From the NCBI GenBank assembly GCA_035221665.1, contig CM069140.1, positions 38,874,001 to 38,938,000 of the forward strand: a stretch of 64,000 nt of DNA, in the 5' to 3' direction. The notes beneath the pieces were generated by a model, which saw nothing but the letters and a program-made list of their open reading frames with translations, did not search any database and was not told the DNA's origin. The translations under genes were made by a program, and so were the position numbers. Below, one piece after another: positions 40,524 to 64,000 of this stretch (positions within the stretch are counted from its first letter, which is position 1; every line of letters starts with the position of its first letter). Source of the stretch: Okamejei kenojei (Eukaryota).

Positions 40524-43354
40524 AGAAACATAGAAACATAGAAAATAGGTGCAGGAGTAGGCCATTCAGCCCTTCGAGCCTGCACCGCCATTCAATATGA
40601 TCATGGCTGATCATCCAACCCAGTATCCTGTACCTGCCTTCTCTCCATACCCTCTGATCTCTCTAGCCACAAGGGCCACATCTAACTCCCTCTTAGATAT
40701 AGCCAATGAACTGGCCTCAACTACCTTCTGTGGCAGAGAATTCCAGAGACTCACCACTCTCTGTGAGAAAAATGTTTTCCTCATCTCGGTCCTAAAGGAA
40801 TTCCCCCTTATCCTTAGACTGTGACCCCTTGTTCTGGACCTCCCCAACATCGGGAACAATCTTCCTGCATCTAGCTTGTCCAACCCCTGAAGAATTTTGT
40901 AAGTTTCTATAATATCCCCCCTCAGTCTTCTAAATTCTAGCAAGTACAAGCCGAGTCTATCTAGTCTTTCCTCATATGAAAGTCCTGACATCCCAGGAAT
41001 CAGTCTGGTGAACCTTCTCTGTACCCACTCTATGGCAAGAATGTCTTTCCTCAGATTTGGAGACCAAAACTGTACGCAATACTCCAGGTGTGGTCTCACC
41101 AAAACCCTGTACAACTGCAGTAGAACCTCCCCACTCCTATACTCAAATCCTTTTGCCATGAATGCTAACATACCATTTGCTTTCTTCACTGCCTGCTGCA
41201 CATGCATGCCTACTTTCAATGATTGGTGTACCATGACACCCAGGTCTCGTTGCATCTCTCCTTTTCCTAATCTGCCACCATTCAGATAATAGTCTACCGT
41301 CCTGTTTTTGCCACCAAAGTGGATAACCTCACATTTATCCACATTATACTGCATCTGCCATGCATTTGCCCACTCACCCAGCCTATCCATGTCACCTTGC
41401 AGCCTCCTAGCACCCTCCTCACACCTAACACTACCTTCCTGCTTAGTGTCATTCACAAACTTGGAGATGTTGCATTCAATTCCCTCGTCCAAATCATTAA
41501 TATATATTGTAAATAGCTGGGGTCCCAGCACTGAGTCTTGCGGTACCCCACTAGTCACTGCCTGCCATTCTGAAAAGGACCCGTTTACACCTACCCTTTG
41601 CTTCCTGTCTGCCAGCCAGTTCTCTATCCACATCAATACTGAACCCCCAATACCGCGTGCTTTAAGTTTGTGTACTAATCTCTTATGTGGGACCTTGTCA
41701 AAAGCATTCTGAAAGTTTAGATATAACACATCCACTGTTTCTCCCTTATCCACTCTACTAGTTACATCCTCGAAAAATTCTATAAGATTCGTCAGACAAG
41801 ATTTACCTTTCGTAAATCCATGCTGACTTTGTCCAATGATTTCACCACTTTCCAAATGTGCTGCTATCCCATCTTTAATAACTGACTCTAGCAGTTTCCC
41901 CACTACTGATGTTAGACTAACTGGTCTGTAATTCCCCGTTTTCTCTCTCCCTGCTTTTTTAAAAATTGGACTTATATTAGCTACCCTCCAATCCTCAGGA
42001 ACTACTCCAGAATCTAAGGAGTTTTGAAAAATTATCATTAATGCATCCACTATTTCTGCTGCTACTTCCTTGATTACTCTGGGATGTAGACTATCTGGCC
42101 CTGGGGATTTATCGGCCGTTAATCCGTTCAATTTACCTAACACCACTTCCCAGCTAACCTGGATTTCACTCAGTTCCTCCATCTTATTTGACCCCCGGTC
42201 CCCTGCTATTTCCGGCTGATTATTTATGTCTTCCTTAGTGAAGACGGAACCAAAGTAGTTATTCAATTGGTCTGCCATGTCCTTGTTCCCCATGATCAAT
42301 TCACCTGTTTCTGACTGCAAGGGACCTACATTTGTTTGAATTAATCTCTTTCTCTTCACATATCTATAAAAACTTTTGCAGTCAGTTTTTATGTTCCCTG
42401 CCAGTTTTCTTTCATAATCTATTTTCCCTTTCCTAATTAAGCCCTTTGTCCTCCTCTGCTGGACTCTGAATTTCTCCCAGTCCTCTGGTAGGCTGCTTTT
42501 TCTGGCTAATTTGTATGCTTCATCCTTTGTTTTTAAACTATCCCTAATTTCCCTTGTTATTCATGGATGCACTACCTTCCCTGATTTATTATTTTACCAA
42601 ACTGGGATGAACAATTGTTGTAGTTCATCCATGCAGTCTTTAAATACCTTCCATTGCACATCCACTGTCAACCCTCCTGGCCCTTGCCAGTCTATCTTGG
42701 CCAATTCACGTCTGATACCTTCAACTTACCTTTGTTTAAGTTCAGAACCCTTGTTTCTGACTTAATTATGTCACTCTCCATCCTAATGAAGAACGCAACC
42801 ATATTATGGTCACTCTTGCCCAAGGGACCATGCACAACAAGACTGTTAACTAACCCCTATTCATTACTCAATACCCAGTCTAGAATAGCCTGCTCTCTCG
42901 TTGGTTCCTCTACATGTTGGTTTAGAAAACTATCCCGCATACATTCCAAGAAATCCTCTTCCTCAGCACCCCTGTCCATTTGATTCACCCAATCTATATG
43001 TAGATTGAAGTCACCCATTATAACTGTTTTACCCTTGTTGCACGCATTTCTAATTTCCTGTTTGATGCCATCCCCAACTCCACTACTACTATTAGGTGGC
43101 CTGTACACAACTCCCACTAGCATTTTCTGCCCCTTAGAATTTCGCAGCTCTACCCATATCGATTCCACATCCCCCAAGCTAATGTCCTTCCTTTCTATTG
43201 CATAAATCTCCTCTCTCACCAGCAACGCTACCCCACCTCCTTTTCCATTCTGTCTATTCCTCCTGAATATTGAATATCCCTGGATGTTCAGCTCCCAGCC
43301 TTGGTCCCCTTGGAGCCATGTCTCAGTGATCCCAACTATAGCATAGTCATTAAT
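40524..43354 (-). mobile_element. Young CR1 LINE, 5' truncated in the endonuclease, with a 582-aa open RT frame (40611-42359)
   Basis: IVGITETW..RPP..GDFN and a complete RT C-terminal frame, but the catalytic FADD reads FVND. (TTTCTATG)n tail; possible TSD AGGTT. Confidence 0.92.
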
Positions 43355-45559
43355 AGGTTCACAAGGTTCAGCGTGTTTAGCAGTCGAATAATACTCGGCA
43401 CCTGTTGGAAGTGGCTCCTGCTCCCCTTCTGCCTGGAGCAAAGGTTTTTAAAGGCCGGCTAATGACTCGAATATCCATTCCGCCTGGTTCTGTCTCATGC
43501 CAGGAGCCCATATCTCTGTTGTGCTAACTAGAGCTGATGGCAATGAGACTCACTGGCAACCTATACCCTGGCAGAGACACCTGAAGGTGCAAGGAGAAGA
43601 TACTGAATATACAGATATTCTGACTAAAGAATATACTGATATCTCACGGACAGTTCTTCATATCCTTCCCATTACCCTGCACCTCTGGTAACAGGTGCTG
43701 CGTAACTAATGAGCTGCCCCCCCTTCCCCCACTTCACCGAGCAATTAATACTGGCAATTAATACTGTTGCAGCTGCTACTCAGTAGGAACATGGGACTTG
43801 GTGTTTGATCTTCTGGAAGGATACTTACCTCTGTAGTGCCTGTGCCAATGAAGACAATTGTTGCCGCAGAGGCACTACAGCACAGGAGCAGGCCCTTTTA
43901 GCATAGCGTGTACATGCCAGCCATCAAGTACCTATCAATGCTATTTCCAATTTCTTTCATTTGGCCCATAGCCGTCTATGTCATGGCATTTCAAGTGCTC
44001 ATCTAAAGACATTACAAGTTGTGCGAGTTTCTACCCCCGCCACCAATCCAGCAGACTCGAAACGTCATCCATTCCTTCTCTCCAGAGATGCTGCCTGTCC
44101 TGCTGTGTTACTCCAGCATTTTGTGTTTATCTTCAGTTTAAACCAGCATCTGCAGTTCCTTCTTAAGCATAAAAAAATGTCTGGCTCAGAGACAGCAAAT
44201 GCACAGGCAAGGATGTCAACATCTGATAAAGAAAACCAGGCTCAGAGGCAGCAATAATGGCAGTAATGGAGCTAATCCCGGGTCCAAATGGATACATGAA
44301 ATGGCTAAGGAGAAAACAATAATAGGGATCTAAACTAGAGTGTAAGTTTGTGTATGCCCACTAGACATTGGGCAAGAAGCATGATAAATCTAACAAAATG
44401 GAACGGTCGAAGAAAGTGGTGGCAAGGTTGATCTGGCTGATGCCAGCACGTCGGTGAAACCTGGACTTTTAAAAAAAAGTATCGTCAAGGGAGAGTGTGT
44501 AGATGGGAAATGGAAGAGATCAATTGAAATCCTTTAGTGCTCCAGAAGTTACAACGCAGGAGAGTGGAGAAGATAGCTGAGGTAAGGCAGAAACCAACCA
44601 GAAGATAGGTAGTGCAGGAAATGTTGCTGAATTAATTCTGCAACAAAGATATTCATGTATGAAGAAAGATTTTGTAGATTAGGCCTCTGCTCTCATGTGA
44701 AGATAAAAACGAATGTTGGTAATCTTAATGAAGGATATAAGGCTCTGGCCTGTGTGTGACTCCAGACCTAGAGCAAGGTGTTTGACCTCCAATTGCCCTC
44801 TGAAATGGCTAATTAAACTGCTGTCCAAGAGCAGCCACGGAAGGGTGAAAGAAACCCTGGCTTTGCCAGCAACGCCCAGAACCCATGAATGCAATAGCCT
44901 TGCTTTTGTGTAAAGAGAAGAAAGCAGATAAATAAAACTTTTACTTTCTAAAACAACCTCAAAAAGCGAGTATATCTGAATTATTTTAAAATGTCAGCTT
45001 AAGCAGGCTTCGTAACTGAGCTACTTGTTTGATTTATTTCTGGCTGAATCACTATGTCATTATGAAGTTGCAGTTCTTGACTTGTTGGGAAACAATAAAA
45101 ATCACACAGTTGTAGCAAGGTAGCCTTTCCAGGTTTAAGGTGGTTTGTCAAGATTATCTAAAAAGAACTTTACACTGTATTCAGCCTGATCTGGGAGTGT
45201 CAGAGGTAATTGTATGTGGATATTTTTGTTAGATTTATTCAGGACAACACCTTTAGATTATTTTCTGAATAATGTCTAATAAATAACTTCAAGACACTGC
45301 CTCCTTGTTATACAATATTTGGACAGCGTGTGTATATTGACTATGGAAGATTGCAGCATGCCATTGCAATATTTCCATGGAATGGTTATTTGTGTTTTAC
45401 AATTTACTATGCTTTGAGAATACGTTAATCAGGGAGGATATCAAGTTTTTGCCATGATGATGTATGTCAGGAAGGCTGTGTTTCACAACAGCAGCCAACA
45501 AAGCAGCTACAAATTTCACAACATTTCTGGTACAAAACAGAAATTAAAGATAAAAATCA

Positions 45560-45695
45560 AATCTAGGCCACAGGTAACTGATAAAATAGTAACTTGCGAA
45601 ACTGCAGAATGAAATGAGATATGTTTGAGAGTTGGAGTATTTGTGTTTGATTGGTTTTTAGTACATAATTAATCGGAGGGGTGGCTATTAAAAGG
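45560..45695 (+). promoter_or_regulatory. Putative proximal promoter of CYP4 gene B
   Basis: TATA-like TATTAAAA at 45686, inverted CCAAT (ATTGG, 45650), FOXA-like TATTTGT (about 45638), C/EBP-like TTGCGAAA (about 45594) and DR1-like AGGCCA-C-AGGTAA (45565-45577). Confidence 0.5.
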
Positions 45696-45791
45696 GAGAT
45701 ACAGCATGAAGTTTCTCAGTTCAGACTCGAGTGTTTGGTCGCCACATTGAATATTGTCATCCAAGTAGCAGCGTTTGAACAGTTACAGAAA

Positions 45792-61322
<15,531 letters not shown>

Positions 61323-62989
61323 GTAATTTCCTTTTCCATATATAGGTGCAAAATTATTAAATTAATGCCATTCCAGCAGTCTATTAATGCCATACATTGC
61401 ATCGGTGTCTGTGAATAGGTTCCTAAATGCTGTTCTAGGAGTTCCATTAGGTTAGCTGCCATTTATCTACCATAATTCCTGATAGTGCGATTTTGCTTTT
61501 CACAAAAGTGATGATTTTGAAACATTTGTTTGAAGGTTCACGTTTTATGTGATGTTATTGCTTCACATAGCTTTGATGTTTAGGAAAGCGCATAATATTC
61601 CTTGATTCTGAAAACTCTGGAAAAGTTCCAGTGCATTGGAAAACATTACTACTCAAGAAAGGAGCGAGGGATGCAATAGGGAAGTATGCACCATTGAGGC
61701 AAACACTAATCATCGGGAAAATGTTGGAATGTTGGAATGCACTATTAAGGGAATTAGGAAATGATGAAAGAGCATTTAGTAAAACATGATGGTACTTTAT
61801 TGTCACATATATCGAGGTACAGTACAAATTTTTTTTTCATACAGTTCAGTCCAAGTATTACTACACATATGCCCATGTCACATAAAGTACAAGTATATAG
61901 AAATAGTACACTGAGATAGTATACAAGAGTCACCAGGTTTGGCACCTTTTTCAAGTTCTAGTTGTACCTGCAGAATTCTTAACCTGGCCATGAAAGCCCG
62001 TTGTCCTGGTGGTGTTGCAGAGTTGGATTGTTTAAGCATAGCTGTAAGTGTCTTCCACTGCTTCAGGTCACATCCGGTCTGGACGCTTGGCCTCTCAGAT
62101 CAATGCCCGATCCAGCCAAGCCCCAGGCTGCTGCAGGGCCTCCAGTAGCCCACTCCACCATCTGGATCAACTGGGCAAGTGGGCTGTGGAATGGCTAATG
62201 GAATTTAATGCAGATAAATGCGAGTGTTGCATTTTGGGAAGTCAAACCAAGGCATAACCACAGCGAATGTCAGAGCTCAGGGGAATCCTATGACAATATC
62301 CTTCCCCTCAACCACACTATCAGTTAATTGTTATCTGAGCCCACCCACTGATGACCTGACAGATCTTTGTAGTACAATTCCCCCACTGTTGTTTATCATT
62401 ATACAGCATATGTCACTATTTATTAATAATTTGTTAATCTTTACATACTTATATTCTAGTAATTTCCAGTTATTTTGGTAAAAGCTTTGCATTGGTAAAA
62501 GCTTTGCTTTTACAGATTATTATCTAATTATGTTTTTATTGCCTTGATTTTTTTGTAATGAATACATATAATCATAAGTACGGTTTTATTTTGGTCTCAA
62601 CAATTCAAAAGTATTACAGAAACACTTAAACTTCAAATCCAGTTCCGCATACCAACAAGTAACTTTGTGGTTGTTGAAGGTCATTCTCACAGTCTGTGAT
62701 GGTGATAGACATATATATCCTAATTTAGATTGCTTTATTTAAACAAGTGTGATGTTCCTTAAAACAGAGAAATATTAAAATATATTTCACCATGTGTTGC
62801 AGTCAAATATAATCGATTGCATCCATTATTGAAATAAAAATGTTAATATACTTGCAACCCAGGTGTGATGCATGTAAACAGAATTTTAAATTGGCCTCAG
62901 CTGTGAGAGAAACATATGCATCTGATCTACTTGTCATGCAACAACTATTTGACCTCGTCATTTGCAAAGAATTTCTTGTAAATAACTTT

Positions 62990-64000
62990 CAACATAGAAC
63001 AGTACAGCACAGGAACAGGCCCTTCAGCCCACAATGTTTGTGCCGACATGACGCCTAGCTAAACTGATCTAATTTGCCTTTTCCTGATCCATATCCCTCT
63101 ATTCCCTACACTTCCATGTGCCTATCTAAAAACCTCTTAAACATTGCTATCATATCTTCCTCCACCACCACCCCTGGCAATGTATTCCAGACCCCACCAC
63201 CCTCCATGTAAAAAACTTGCCCCACCCATCTCCATTAAACATTCCCACTGTCACCTTACAGCTGTGCCCTCTAGTAATGGACCTTTCCACCCTGAGAAAA
63301 AAGATTCTGACTGTCTACCCTATCTAATTTCTTGCCAAATCCTGCTGGATCTCTGCTAGAACCATTGCATTAACTTTCCCAAGCACACCGTAAAGTGCCG
63401 AAAATCCTGGCAGGTCAGGCAACATATGTGGAGAGAACAGATAATGCTTCAGATGGGGACACCTTATGCCTGAAGACATCTGAGTCTGATGAAGGATCCC
63501 AGCCTGAAACATGGCATTTCCATTCCCTCCCCAGCTGCTGCCTGAGTGGCTCCAACACTTTGTGCTTTGCTCAAGTTTCCAGCATCTGCAGTTCCTTGTG
63601 TCGCCATAAACTTTCTCATCCTCCACATTGCAGATCTTGTCTCAGGGTATCATAAAACATAGAACAGTACGGCACAGGAATGGGCACTTCAGCCCACAAT
63701 GTTCGTACCGAATCTGATGCCTAGCTAAACTGCTCTCATCTGCCTGCACATGATCCATACCCCTTGCACTTCCATGTGCCTATCTAAAAGCCTCCTAAAC
63801 ACTGCTATGGTATCTGTGTCCACCAACATCCCTGCAATGCACTCCAGGCCCCCACTTGCCCTGCATATCTTGCACTGACTTGCCCTGCATATCTCCATTA
63901 AACTTTCCCCCTCATTTTTTAGCTATGCTCCTCTATTGTTGGACATTACCACCCTGGGGAAAAAAAAGTTCTGAATCTCGACCCTATCAATGCCTCTCGT
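62990..64000 (-). mobile_element. Two CR1 3' fragments (about 62990-63330 and 63655-64000) around a Penelope-derived insert (about 63400-63605)
   Basis: Repeated ACATAGAACAGTAC..CACAGGAA..TTCAGCCCACAATG CR1 3' ends, and a degenerate hammerhead CTGATGAAGG..GAAAC at about 63486. Confidence 0.6.

Noticed and set aside
40611-42359. 582-aa RT ORF as an active or domesticated reverse transcriptase
   Set aside because: The catalytic motif reads FVND instead of FADD, the upstream endonuclease region is disrupted and the element is 5' truncated. It is a young dead copy.
45681-45791. N-terminal extension of gene B from the ORF-track start at 45681
   Set aside because: That start is a GTG overlapping the TATA-like box. 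The ATG at 45792 gives a normal P450 signal-anchor.

Overview
Eukaryotic (vertebrate) genomic DNA, very probably from a cartilaginous fish (skate/ray-like). This is inferred from an HE1-type V-SINE and abundant CR1, Rex1 and Penelope repeats. The window holds two tandem, same-strand (+) CYP4-family cytochrome P450 genes (CYP4B1/CYP4T-like). Gene A is present as exons 8-12 (3219-21279) and gene B as exons 1-10 (45792-61322). All introns are GT-AG and exon sizes follow the CYP4 12-exon pattern. Antisense, in what is probably intron 7 of gene A, lies a frameshifted, 3'-truncated FAM110C-like copy. The rest is a dense TE landscape: CR1 LINEs (one full-length with esterase ORF1, interrupted by an L1 that itself holds a Helitron), Rex1, L2/Crack, Penelope fragments, two non-autonomous Helitrons, a Passport-like Tc1, and Harbinger- and hAT-like remnants. 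Best leads: (1) near-identity of the two paralogues confined to the I-helix part of exon 8, suggesting gene conversion; (2) many short Penelope-derived insertions carrying minimal hammerhead-ribozyme motifs, several with 11-16 bp TSDs; (3) the nested FAM110C-like copy; (4) a multi-level TE nest with readable TSDs; (5) a candidate PPRE/DR1 in the gene B promoter. All comparisons were made by eye or from recalled family motifs; no searches were run. I do not see an unequivocal new multi-gene system.
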